In this document: in pieces, positions 51,453 to 63,577 of the stretch
Layout of the letters: each line of letters opens with the position of its first letter
Position numbering within the stretch: position 1 is the first letter of the stretch
Origin: Lama guanicoe
Taxonomy: Eukaryota
Assembly: GCA_013239625.1 (NCBI GenBank)
Contig: MU053994.1
Location: 1,057,775 to 1,121,774 of the forward strand
DNA length: 64,000 bases
Direction of reading: 5' to 3'
Notes under the pieces: generated by a model
Databases searched by the model: none
The model's input: only the letters and a program-made list of their open reading frames with translations
What the model was told of the DNA's origin: nothing
Made by a program: the position numbers and the translations under genes

Positions 51453-52400
51453 TCCAGACTGATTTTCAGGCTTATTTTCCTGAATTCCTCAGGGGATGAG
51501 ATCTATCTTGTCTATTGAAGTCCCCGTTGTCACTCCTCCAACTAATTGTAATTGGTTCTGCTGGCACCAAAACGGTAGATTAAGGGACTGAGATCTTAAT
51601 CATACAAGATTTGAATTATCCAGGATTTGAAACGCAGGAATATTTCCACTTGGTGTTCATTCGCCAAGTTGAGGCAGCACTCTGCTCCATTTCAGCAGGA
51701 AGTAGCCAGAGTGGTCATCACCCCATTCCCTGGAGGATTTGGGGAAGGATGAAACAGGGTTGGAGATTGAAACCAAGTCGGAGCCCCCCTAAAACCTAGT
51801 TCCTCTGCCGAGTTTATGATTAATCTCTGTCCAAAACATTATTCCTTTTCTTGTCCAATACCTGTTCTCCTCAAGATTGAGGCATATCAAAGAAAAGGGG
51901 GGGACTGTAACCGTGCAGGACCCTATGGGGCCTTCCCAGGACAGATCCCTCCCCATAGCCTCTGCTGTAGCTCCTCTCTCAAGTACCTACCTAGGTATCA
52001 GTGTCTGATGCATATTCCCTCAGTTTTTCAGATGCTAAAATCACCACCAAAATGGAAGAAATTTACTTGACAACCACGAGCACAAAGCCCCCAGACCTTC
52101 TGGTGCCTAAGGCTTGATCACCATCAACCAATCACATCTGTGTATGAGCTGATCACATACCCTGCAAACCCCCCCACCCACTAACACACACACACACACA
52201 CACCCCTTTTAAAAATGCTTTGCTGAAACCCTCTGAGTTTGGGGTTATTGAACATGAACCACCCCCACCCATTCTCCTTGCTCGGCCCTGAAATAAACCT
52301 TTCTCTGCTCCACTCCAAAAACCTTTTTCTGCTCCAAACTCTGACATTTCACACAGTGCCTCATCTGTGTGTTGGGCACATAAACTTGCATTTGGTAACA
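51453..52400 (+). mobile_element. 3' end of a related ERV in opposite orientation: env-tail-like DNA, PPT (51890-51904), LTR (51906-52400)
   Basis: cagcaggaagtagccagagtggtcatcaccc motif, then a purine run (aagaaaa + G-run) immediately before TGTAACC, AATAAA at 52292, and GGTAACA end. The LTR is a reverse-complement homolog of the outer LTRs. Confidence 0.85.
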
Positions 52401-54596
52401 TGGACCTGACACTTTAGGGGAGACTTGTAGCCAGATCATCAGTTGTCTACGTTTATCTAAATAGCTTTTAACTTCTGATGTGGTATTAACATATACATAA
52501 TAGGAGCTGTTGGCCACTACACACATCTCCTTTTTTCTAAGAGCTGATCTAAAGCAATTTATTATCTAAAAATTTAATAGTTACAAGAGGAGACCTTGAG
52601 GTCATAAGGGTACAGCTGCCATCTACCAGCAAACACTGCTTTGAGAATGGCTGGTGGCATACCGAGTATGAAACAGCTCAGATTAGAATTCTTAACAATT
52701 TAAATCATGCCCACAATGGCCACCTAGCTTTATCTTGGATATCTGAACCACAGCTACTCCATTTTGATTTTCAAATGCATTTCCCTCCTCAAGGCCAAAG
52801 CAGATGTACGATGCATGTCCAAAAGGCCATAAAACAGGCTGCTTTTGTCAGTAAAATTTAAGTTATATCATGTATAAGCCAGTATGATTTCCCCATACCT
52901 CAACATGTGAGGATTTGTCCATCATTTCCCCTTTGGACTGCAAATCTTTTGATAAAAAGCACTGATGATCAAAATACCTCTCCCTTGATGCTGGGGTGAT
53001 GGCTCCTGCCCCAGGTTCAGATCATGTCCCTCGGTGCTAAGTCTCCTTTATACGCTGGGGCAAAAGTAATCAGATAATGTCAACAGGTTGAGAAGTATAT
53101 TACTGGGGAAACACTTCATAAACCATACATTTTATCACTCACACCCAATTGTTACACAAACACTGTACATGCGTTTTTAGCAATAAACTTAAAGCAAGCA
53201 TTTTTATACATCATGAGTAGTTATACTGACAACTCCATTAGGGAATTCTCTTCCTATCCTAAACATTAGGGGCAACAGTATGGTTAGAAGTCAAACAATA
53301 ACTTTCAGTATTGATAGGGAGACAAACATTTAATAAGCAGCTCAATTAGAAAATAGATGAAAAGCCAGTAATATTTCAGACAAAGCCAAAAAATTATACC
53401 CATATTCTTCAGTTTAACTCAATCCTTTTTACTAAGTTTTATGAAATCAGAGTTTTCATTCGACTTTTTAAATATCTTACCCAATTCAGCAGTATGACTT
53501 AAACCTGTACTTGTCAAAAAGCCCTTTTAATGAATCTTCTGAAGATGAAGCAGTTTAGCAAAGCATCAGCTTAACTGTCTATGAATGACAAAATACTTAA
53601 AAAGGCAAGGTTAAAGATCCGATTACAATGTTTTTTAACAAAGAAGCTTAATCAAATTGCTGTGACATACATTTTAAGATAACTAGCATTATGACTGATG
53701 ACATTATACCAGGGCACATCTAAATTTTACAAACTTTATATACTTTCTAGAATATCTATATTAATAGCATTTATCCATTTACCTAATTAAGTTTAATCTC
53801 AGCCCAACCATGCACAAAACTTTTTCAGGGCTCCCTTTCTACAAACCTTTCACAACTTTCTATATCCATATTAGTTTGCCCCTTATTTTTTCATCTAGAA
53901 AAAAACCAGCTTCAGGACAAAATTTTTTTTCTCTTAACAAAATGTAATTGCATTCCTACCTTTTTTTTTTCCCCACTCAAAACATGTCCTACTTTCCTAC
54001 TGAGTACTGAAATGTTTCCTTTATTATTCTTAGTAGCTTTAATTACATATTTAAATTAGAATCCTCAACTCTTAAAAACCTTAATTTCTAGTGAAAACCA
54101 AGAAGTAAACAATTATGAACTATATCTTTTACATTAGTATTCTGTAGATTGGCAAACAAATATCAGTAACTTCTAAAAACACGTGCTTTTTATAGAAACT
54201 ATCTCAGGGTGGCACAAAACATTCATGAATAATCCTAAATATCTTTAGTTTCTCTGTAAAGGGAAGCCAATGTTTAGTACTTAATGTTTCAGTATCTGAT
54301 TCTGTTTGAGAATGGCCTAGCTATTCAATAAACTTCCATCATTTAACTTAATTTAGCACAACTAAAATTTCAAGTTACCAAATACCTGGAGAGATCGTTT
54401 TTAAGTAGACGTTTCTAAAACATATTTCTAAAGCATCCACCCAAAAGCTCTTATCTCATTTGCATTTAATTTACTTACAAAATTTTCATCATACCAGTTA
54501 ATTTTTTTCTGACAGACTCTGCAAAAGAAGTAACAAATTTATTGATCTTCAGTAAACGTAGGTACAAAAAAGGCATATCTGTATTGATTATACTAA

Positions 54597-55096
54597 TGTC
54601 GACTGAAATAAATGCACAGCCTAAAAGTTGAGTTATATTTTATTTGGCAGACATTTCTGAGGACTCGAACCCCTCCTAACCTGGGATGACAGCCTCTCAG
54701 ATGGCTCTGAGGGACTGCTCCTAAGAGGTAGGGGAGGGGCTAGGATATATAGAAGGTTTACAGCAAAGATCAGGTTGTTGGAACATTGAAAGATTACTTG
54801 TTAACTGAAGAAAACCAGGCATCTCAAGTTAAAGAATTTAGTGCTTTTCTATGTATGGGAGGGAGCAAACATTTGGGCTCATTGAATTCATTCCTCTGAC
54901 AAGCACCTGGCTATCTAGGGCCAGTATCCTGGCCTTTCTTATTCTGAGTCCCCTCAGGGTGCACCACTGTGAGTGGCTGCAGAGGCCGGGCTGCAGGCTT
55001 GTCTTCCCTGGGGGGTGGGGCGGGGCAGCCCCTGATGACTCGATGGCTTCAGCGTTCTTTGTTTACTGATATGGTTTGCAGTATTTTTTGTTCATA
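54597..55096 (-). mobile_element. MER41-like ERV1 solo LTR nested in the provirus
   Basis: tgtcgactgaaataaatgcacagcctaaaagttgag…gcatctcaagttaaagaatttagtgcttttctatgtatggg resembles artiodactyl MER41-type LTRs; flanks ctaa/ccaa. Confidence 0.75.
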
Positions 55097-55892
55097 CCAA
55101 CAAACTTAAGCTGGCTTTAATATCAGATATTAACTTAATAGAGTATTTCCTAGATCACATGAACCTGAAACTTGTTCTGTCTAGCTTTTTATACTAAGAA
55201 TTCATAAGTGCTTACTTTTAATTAACTAGAGCTCATTTCAAGTTAATTTTTACATAGACAGAACCAGAGACCTCAGTTTTTCTGCTGGGGTTTTAAAATG
55301 CCTTTTTGTTTTTTCTCCCTTGAGAGCCCAGGCAGATCATTTATATCTCAAAAGCACAGGAAGAGAAACGCAAATTTCCCCTCTGCTTATACAAAACCCA
55401 ACCATTTTGGTTATTTTCAAGCTTTTTTCCCCTAGTTCCCAAATATCCACTCCAGTTTAAATAACAGTAAAAGACAATACATGTGATTCGCTCATATTCA
55501 CACGCCTCATTTTCGGCAAAACCAGGAAAAGAGAAAAAGATCTGAACTCAGGTACCAAAACAAACACACATACATACACACACGCATACACAATAAATGC
55601 CAAAGCAATTGACAAAGGCCCACTTTGATACAACAGCGGAGCCATTTAGGGGCCATTGTTCTCTAGATCTCAGGGAGTACTGAGGCCACACAATGTTTCA
55701 ATAAAAATGTCATTTTCTTTCATTTATGGGAGCAAAGATGAAGATCTCCCAGTTTTGCAAAATACACCCTAGAAGGACTATAAGATGGAACAGAGCTCTG
55801 ATTACCCACAATTAATTATCCACAGCCAGCATTATCAAATATCAAGCAAACAAAGACTGATACAATACAAAAAGTGTCTCTTAGTGTCACAG

Positions 55893-56521
55893 TGGTGCAG
55901 GAAAACAGATGGGCATGAGGAGGGCTGTGTCCCAGGTCTCGGTTGAGCCCCTGGGATGTGCCCCACCAAGTGTGGGTCCTTCACTTCGCACAGGAGAGAA
56001 TTCAAGAGCGAGCCACAGTTGAGTAAAGGTAGACTTATTCAGAGAGATACATTGAAAGGCAAGAGAAAGGCCACGAGGTGTGGGGGTTGGGTGCTGAGAT
56101 TAAAAGTAGGTGCACAGTCCACAGACTGAATGTGGTCCATCTCCGAAGAGGGAGAGAGAGGGGCGGCAGCCGCGAGGCGCCGTGTTGCTAGTTTTTATGG
56201 GCTAGGTGGCTTCATATGTTAATAAGTGGAAGGACCAGTCTAAGTAGCCTGGGGAAGGGGCTGGGATTCCCAGGAAGTTGGCCATTTCCCTCTCTTTGTC
56301 CTTTTGTGGCTAGCCTTGGGACTGCCGTGGTGCCTGTGGGCCTGTTATTCACCATGTTAATATATTACAATGGGCGTATAATGAAGTTCAAGATCTGCTA
56401 GAAGTTAAATCTCTCATCATCTTGAGCCTCAAGGCCTACTGGGGGTTGAATCTTTCACCATTTTGATGTTAATTGCTGTAGCACCACTTGAATGGCTGTG
56501 CCCTGCCCCCTTCCTGTCTCA
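55893..56521 (-). mobile_element. ERV1 solo LTR nested in the provirus
   Basis: Minus strand starts TGAGACAGGAAG; reverse TATA-like tttttat near 56192; perfect 4-bp TSD acag at 55889-55892 and 56522-56525. Confidence 0.82.
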
Positions 56522-59024
56522 ACAGTTCCCCAGCCCCAGAAAGGGAGACTCCCCATCAACACCCTGTCAGTCCAAAAAGGGAGAACTCCAACCAATACCC
56601 CATCAGAGATGAAGCTGAATGAAAGACCAAGGCTAAAAAGGGAAAATCCCAGCCAACGCTCCACCACAGGAGCCTGCGCAATAGGGAAGGATACCTTGGT
56701 ATCATCACACGTGAGCCCCATTACTCATCAAAGATGTCTCAGCCGGCCAATGCAAGTACTGATACACAAACAACATAGTCCCATAAGCAAAGGATCAAAC
56801 AAGGCGTAGCCCGAAAATTCCACTTCCACTCCCAGAGTCTTCCAGAGGGGCCTGGCTCCCGAAATGGAGCCAGCATGGCTCCCAATGAGCTCAGAATGGC
56901 TCACTCTCTGAAAGGGAATGAGCCCAGATGAAGCAGGTAGAGTTTTCGCAACCTGCGCAAGCCAGAGTGGCACACCCCAAAACCATACACACAAAAACAC
57001 AAACAACAAATAAGGTACAGTCGCACAGACAGAAAAAATCAGATGAGGTGTAGTCTCAAAATTCCACTCCCACTCCCAGACGGAGGCCTCCAAACAGATG
57101 GGTCCAGCTCTCAAAAGAACAGACCCAGAGCGGCTCACAATGATCCCTGAGCAGCTCACTTCCCAGTGGAAATGAGCCCAGATGCAGTGGAGATAATAAG
57201 TCCCAAACCACACAAGCTGGAGCCACTCACCCCTAGGTGACACTGAATGTGTCCAAAGAGCATTGTGCCCAGGGCAGCTGACAGCAGTCAGAGACAGTCC
57301 TTCCTAGTTCCTCAGGGCGAAGTGAGCTCTGGCAGCTGCTGGGAACCCGGGGAAGGGGCTGCCCCGGGCCAGTCTGGACCTGCCATCGGCACAGACTCCT
57401 AGACTGGCTTCTCCAAAATTGTTACCAAATGCAAGTTCATGTGCCCGACACACCGTGAGGCCAAATAAATGGAAATATCTAAGTTTGGGGCAAAGAAAGG
57501 TTTACTACAGGGCCAAGCAAGGACGACGAATAGATAGCTCCTGCTCAAAAAAAAAAAAAAAAAAACAAAAAAAACCCCGAACTCCCGGAAGGGCTTCAGC
57601 TGAGCCTTTTTAAAGGCTAGGTGAGGGAGGGGCGTCCCAGGGTCTGTGATCAGCTCGTGCACAATTCTGATTGGTTGATGGTGATCAATCCTTAGGCACC
57701 AGAAGGTCTGGGGGCTACACTCGTGCTCATGATCATAAGTAGTTAATTTCTTCCACTTGGTGGTGGTTTTAACATCTGAGAAACTCAGAGAATATGCATC
57801 AGATACTGTTATCTGGTACTTGAGAGGAGTTACAGCAGAGGATACCGGGAGGGGTCTGTCCTAGGAAGGCTCCATAGGGTCCGGCTTGGCTACAAAAACA
57901 GCACGAATTAGAAATGGCAAAGCTCTGAAAGCTATAGCTAACCAACAGGAAGGTCTGAAAAGGACTTGGCAGAGAATTCGTAAATAAAGGAAAAAAAACA
58001 TTTCAGGAACAAAGACAAAGTAACACAAGAGTGAATAGACTCCATGTGAAGCACACTAAAGGAAATAGGGATAGGAAAAGAAACTGAAACAGAAATAAAA
58101 TCCTTCTGTGAAAAGCAAATTTCATAATCTTTAACCACTTGAATCCCACTTAAGAAAAAATCACTAGGTTTATTTTTCTACTTTATTTGTTGAAGTTTGA
58201 TTAATCTTACCCAAAGAGGTTATAGCTAATTAATTTTTAAAAATCCAGTTTCAAGGAGATAGTCTGGCAACCAGTTTTGCATCCATATCCTTTGCAATTC
58301 ATTTGACAATTTGAAAACATTAACAAAAACATTTTTAATCTGCTTTTCAAAGGGAACATCTGTGCGTTATTGTTTGTGACAGTAGCTTTGTTACAGCAAG
58401 TGAAACATCTGGAGAGACTTGATTACTTGTTGACAGAAACTCCAACGCAAACCATAGGTGAACGGCAATATATTCTCACTGGGCTCAATTGAATAAGCCC
58501 AGCCAATGGGGTTGACCTAAACTAATAAACTGAAACACAGCAGTATTTAGGATCTTTATTTCGGAGCCATTCTTTGTAGTGGATCTAGATCTGTGGCCAA
58601 TTCTGGTTCTTACCCAACTTGAAAGCATAAGAATTAAGATCTTTTAGCTTATGACTTTTACTCTGGATGTTAGGAATGGCCTGTTCAGTCTCCTTCTTTG
58701 GTTAACTCTCTGCTAGAAATAAAGAAAATCTAGGTCTCAACAATCCAGATTGAACCCATGCTGATGGAATTTTTCAGTCTTGCTTTTTAACGCTGATTTT
58801 CTGTTCACTTGGTTATCAGAGTCAGCTGGGGAGTATTCTTATTTGCCAATGAACAGCTCTAGGGCTTCAGAGACAAACAGATGAACAAGTGGCTTCCAAG
58901 ACCTCAACAGGTAATTTATTGACCATTCTGACTATTACAGCTTAATTAGTTAAATAATGTAATGCACGTGAAGGTGCCTAACAGCGTGCCATGCACATGC
59001 TAAGAGCTCAGAAGTTGAACCTAA

Positions 59025-59532
59025 GTAGGGAAGACCTGCTGATTATAAGCACAAAGGCCATCTCCTCCGTTCTGATGGCAGAGAACCTCCCATCCCGGAG
59101 ACTGAAAATGCCAGCTTCTCACTTTCCAGCCTCCCCGCAGCAAAGGCACTGACATGGTACTCAATTCTGGCCAATGATAACTGAGGAAGGGGGCTTCTGG
59201 GGAAGGCTTCCTCCCTAATAAGAAATACCTCATGCGTAAAAACGCCTCTTTTCTTCAGCTGGACATTGTTGTATTTGCATTAATGCTCGGGACCATGACA
59301 GCCACTTTGCAACCATGAAGGGACAAGTGTAGGTACCTAGCTAATAACCTGAGGAGGGCAGAGCAGAAAGATGGAGGGAGTCTCGGTCCCTTGTGCCATT
59401 ATAGAGCCACTGAACCAACCCTGACCCTGCCCACCTCTGGATTTTTTTGTATATTAAATAAGAAGTGACCTAGTGTTGAAGAAATTTTAGTTGGGTATAT
59501 GGTTTTACATAGCCAAAACCATAACTCATACA
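59025..59532 (+). mobile_element. MLT1J/K-type MaLR LTR
   Basis: ttctggccaatga…ggcttctggggaaggcttcc…cagccactttgcaaccatgaaggg…ggcagagcagaaagatgga. Confidence 0.75.
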
Positions 59533-61854
59533 CTGAAGGTGTTCTCTCCTTTTCAACTATCTCAATAGCCCCTAAACCTCATTTTCCTTTAATGTGCCTG
59601 ACAAAATGTGCCTAAGTTACCACTGAAGGGAATGGGTCCTTCCCAAACCCCCATCCATTTACACATTCACCACTGCATGTCCTCAAATCTTCTTCATCCA
59701 CAAAATGGAGATGGTTCCTGTTTCTCAACTCATTAAGTGTTTATGATGACTGGTAACCTAATTGATTTGTGGTCCCCAAATTAAAGGCCCTAGAAAAGAT
59801 TTTCTTAAATGGTAGTTTTCCATATGAGCTCTGCCCAGGCTATGCTGTAATTTATGGACGTGCTAACAGGCGAAAGGACAAAGTGATCTGTAATTCACTG
59901 GCAGAGCCCTGAGAGGCTGCATAATGTACGTTCCTCCCCATCATCACACAAGTAATAACCATCAAACACACTGGTGGGCAGTGAGGGACTCCCTTGCTTC
60001 TGAGCTCGTATCCTGCATTGGATCCAAGCCCCATGCCCAACAGCCTTTGGTGATGACATTCTGAAGAAATCAGCACAGTGCCTCACAGAATCCAGCCCAG
60101 ATTGAAAAGTAATGAACAATTACAGCATATCAAATTAATATTTAATGAAGATGTAAATGATTAGAGGCAATACTGAATTGCTCGGTGAAATCTATTCCAG
60201 CAAGAGAAAGCAGCAGTGGTCTGCAGAGGCAGGGAACTGTCTTGCTTGTGAGCCATTGTTCTTTAACTTCTCTCCAGCTCTAGCTGAGGCCTTGGCTCAG
60301 ATTCCCCAAACAGCTGACAGTTGCAGCTAGAGTGAAATCAATCTTATAATCCTCCTAGCCATTTTATTCCTCACTTCCTTCTTTGTCCATCCTTTCTCTC
60401 TGTTCAGACTGTGCACTCAGAAACAAACCCCACATAGGGTTTCTGACATTAGACTTGCCTATTGCCAGCATTCTGTCTGTCCCTCTGTCAGCTGGATGTC
60501 TGCACTGCCGCGAGGGGAGGGGCATGATGACTCCAAGGCAATTCATCACCTCTGCGGAGTGGGGAGAGCGGCTGAGCCCGCTTGTGTGGGAAGAAACTAC
60601 CAGTTCCTCAGTCAGAGCTGGGGGTGGGTCTGAAGGTGCTGGTCCATGACACACAGGAGAGAGAGGGGAGCCTCCAGAGGCAAGGGAGAGAGAATCCCGG
60701 GCTACAGGCTGTGAGGGAGAATGACAGCTGGTTGTGCAGGACATTAAGCCCCTAAGGGGCCAAAGGATGCCAGAGGCTGTATCTGTGGCTCCGTTTACTC
60801 TTGGGCCCCCACCCAGAAGGGGCAATAACAGTGCTAGGGGCTGGAAGCAGAAAGAATTTTCCGGGAAAACAGTTCCCCAGCCAAGAGCCCCTGCTCTGGA
60901 CCAAGCTAGGGACTGAGAGATGAGGAAGCAAGCCCAAGGCTTTTCTGTTTTCCCAGGTTGGTCTAGGAAAGAGTAGTAGCCTCTTTGTCCAGGAGGGGTA
61001 AAGACGGCATCGCCTCTGCGGGTGCACCAGCCCGCCAGCAGTCTGTAGAAACTGCTTTCCCATGACGCAGGCTGACTCCGTTCCCAGAGCAGCCAGCCCA
61101 TGACACAGAGAGTATGGAGCCCTCAGTGAAGCCGCCCCGGGCCCAGAGGAGGGGGGCTTAGCCCTCTGTGATCATGATTATGTCTGCAGGCCTTAGACCT
61201 CCCCTCGCCTTGCTGCAGCTCCAGGGGGACTCTGCACAGAGGAGTCCCAAGGATGGCCGCTGCCACGGGGGAATACACACTCTTGCTCACACACCCTCTC
61301 TCCCTGCCCGCCCAGGAATGCGGCCAGTACATGGGAATGGTGAGCAGGGCTGCTCAGTCACTCTGTCATCACCTTTCAGAACTGTTGCTGTGCTATCTGG
61401 TAGCTCAGTGGGTGGCTTTCTGTCTTAACCTATTTTATTCACGAAGACTGATTCTGGGATCTACGAGACTCTTGGTCCCACACTAATTTTTTTCTTTCTC
61501 TAAACAGACATGTGAAGGCTCAAGTGAGCCTACATGTCACAGAAGATGAAATGTTTTCTCCTGCAATGCTAGAAACAGAAACCACCCTCGGTATTTCAAA
61601 CAGAGGGGGGTTAATACCAGCAGCTGGTTACATAGGTCAGAGAAGAGTCAGAAGCCAAAGAGGGGTCCCTAAGGCAACACAGAGATTACCCACAGCAGAA
61701 CGGTGCTACTCCCTTACGACTGGAGAGGACACAGGAAGAGCTGGGGTCCCCAGAAGACCAGAAGCTAGGGTCATATGGCAGGAGCTAGGAACATGGTGAA
61801 GGCTGCCAGGCGGGTGCTGGGACCATGGAAAGAGGGGCTACCAGGTGAGAGCTT

Positions 61855-62390
61855 GTATTTGCCTATTGGTGTGTAACAAATGATCCCCAAATTTAGCAGC
61901 TGTAAACAATAAATGTATTACCTTACAGTTTCTGCAGGTCAGAAACCACCAGCTTAGCTGGGTGGTTTGGGTTCAGGTCTCTCACGAGGCTGTGATCAAG
62001 GTGTCACTTGGGGTTACAGTTATCTCAAGGCTCAACTGAGAAGGATCCCCTTCCCATATGGATGTTGACAGGCCTCAAGTCTTCACTGGCTGTTGGTTGA
62101 AGACGTCAGTCCTTAGCTATGTGGGCCTCTCTGTAGGGCTAATCACGATATGGTGGCCTTCTTCCTATAAAGCAAAGGCTCAGAGAGAGAGAGAGCGCAC
62201 GTGAAAAGGGAGAGCAAGATGGAAGCCACAGTCTTTTTGTGACCCAATCTTGGACGTGACATCCCAACACTTTAGCCACGTTCCATGTGTTAGAAGGGAG
62301 TCCCTTGGTACAGCCCACACTCAAGAAGAAGGGATTACGAAGGGCATGAATGGCAGGAGGCAGGATCTTAGAGGCTGCTGCCATACGACT
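61855..62390 (-). mobile_element. MLT1F-type MaLR LTR
   Basis: ctattggtgtgtaacaaatgatccccaaatttagcagct…caagatggaagccacagtcttt…ggctgctgccata. Confidence 0.82.
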
Positions 62391-62397
62391 GTAGCCA

Positions 62398-62993
62398 CAG
62401 AGGCAGAGGCAGCTGTAGGTTTGGGGGCCCAGAGCTTATACAATCTGGGGAACCCTTTTAAGACATGCAAAATTACAAATATAAAATCACAGTCAGGTCC
62501 AGTAACTAGTGGATATACAAACAAAATGGGCAAGAGCCACACAATGGAACACTACTTGTCAATGAAAGGGAATGAAGAGTTGATTCATGCTACAACTTGG
62601 ATGAACCTCAAAAACATGATGCTCAGTGAAGGAAACAAGTCACAGAAAATCACATATTATATGATTCCAGAATAGGCAAATCCATAGAGATAGAAAGTAG
62701 GTTAGTGGTTACCAGGGCCTGGCTTGAGAGCCAGGATTGACTGAAGAGGCATGAGGGAAATCTGGGGTGATAGAAATGTTCTAAAAGAGGATTGTGGTGA
62801 TTGTTGCACAACTCAATAAATTTACTAAAAACCATTGGACCATATACTTACGATGGGTGATTTTTTTATGGTTTGTAAATTATATTTCAATAAAGCTGTT
62901 AAAAAATATACACACAGGGCATTGGAAGGGGCCTGTGCAAGTGGGAGGCCCTGGAGCTTAGGCCTCATTAACTTTTCAGAAAATCTGTCTCTG
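62398..62993. mobile_element. MER53-like hAT element split by an L1 3' end
   Basis: Left half agcttatacaatctgggg…caaaattacaaata; right half ttggaaggggcctgtgcaagtg…aaatctgtctctg. Termini cagaggcaga / tctgtctctg are inverted. Confidence 0.75.
62495..62907 (+). mobile_element. L1MB/ME1-type 3' end
   Basis: HTMEHYLSMKGNEELIHATTWMNLKNMMLSE; ends caataaagctgttaaaaaa. Confidence 0.85.
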
Positions 62994-63577
62994 TGCAGGA
63001 GTTAGAGGTATTGCAGAGATACGGCCTGAGGCAGCGAGGGGATGAGGCAATCGCCAGGCTTCTCCCCTCCCTGCTCCCTCCAGTCTTCTGTCTGGGCCTC
63101 CTATTGCCCTAACCCGCCCAGGAGCCTGGGAAATGGAGTGCTTTGTGACACAGAGAAGGGCTGGGAGGAGGTCTGAGCGCAAAGAGGCAAATGACAGGCT
63201 GGTGGGCCCCATCCCGCAGGGCTACCTCCACACCCTAGTGCCAAAACAACTGGGAAAGACTTGACCTTTTGGCCTTGAGAGCTGTCTTGAGAGAAGATCC
63301 ATAGAAGGTGCGCATGTTTCCAAATGAAGACCTAAGCTGTTGATTATTTATCATCAGACAATATAGAACACTGGATTTGTGGGTTAGCTTGTCATTTATT
63401 GTCTGGTCACCTGAAGGCTCAAAATCACTTATTCGTGCATACAGGAGGATGGAGAGCAGGCTTTGGGCGGCTAGGAGGAAGGAAACAAGGAGATAACTCA
63501 CGGAAGAAGACTGGGTACACTAAATATTTAGTGTTGGATGTGCTGTCCTGGCAGCTTTTCCCATTTAACTCTTGCAG

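Larger units (their letters stand above)
50998..57894 (-). mobile_element. Non-coding ERV1-class provirus: 5' LTR 57420-57894, 3' LTR 50998-51452, AT-rich internal region
   Basis: Two homologous LTRs in the same orientation (tgttacc…taca on +). PBS-like TGGAGAAGCCAGTCTAGGAG on the minus strand at 57396-57415. Flanks aaag/aaaa. No gag/pol ORF seen. Confidence 0.85.

Noticed and set aside
54597..55096. MER41-like LTR as an interferon-gamma enhancer
   Set aside because: I found no intact TTC-N3-GAA site or tandem GAAA ISRE in this copy.
56728..57243. 171-aa ORF in the ERV leader as gag
   Set aside because: No matrix/capsid motifs, MHR or zinc knuckle recognisable.
60364..61101. Longest ORF in the window (245 aa)
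   Set aside because: No recognisable domain; S/P/G/L-rich composition expected from GC-rich non-coding DNA.
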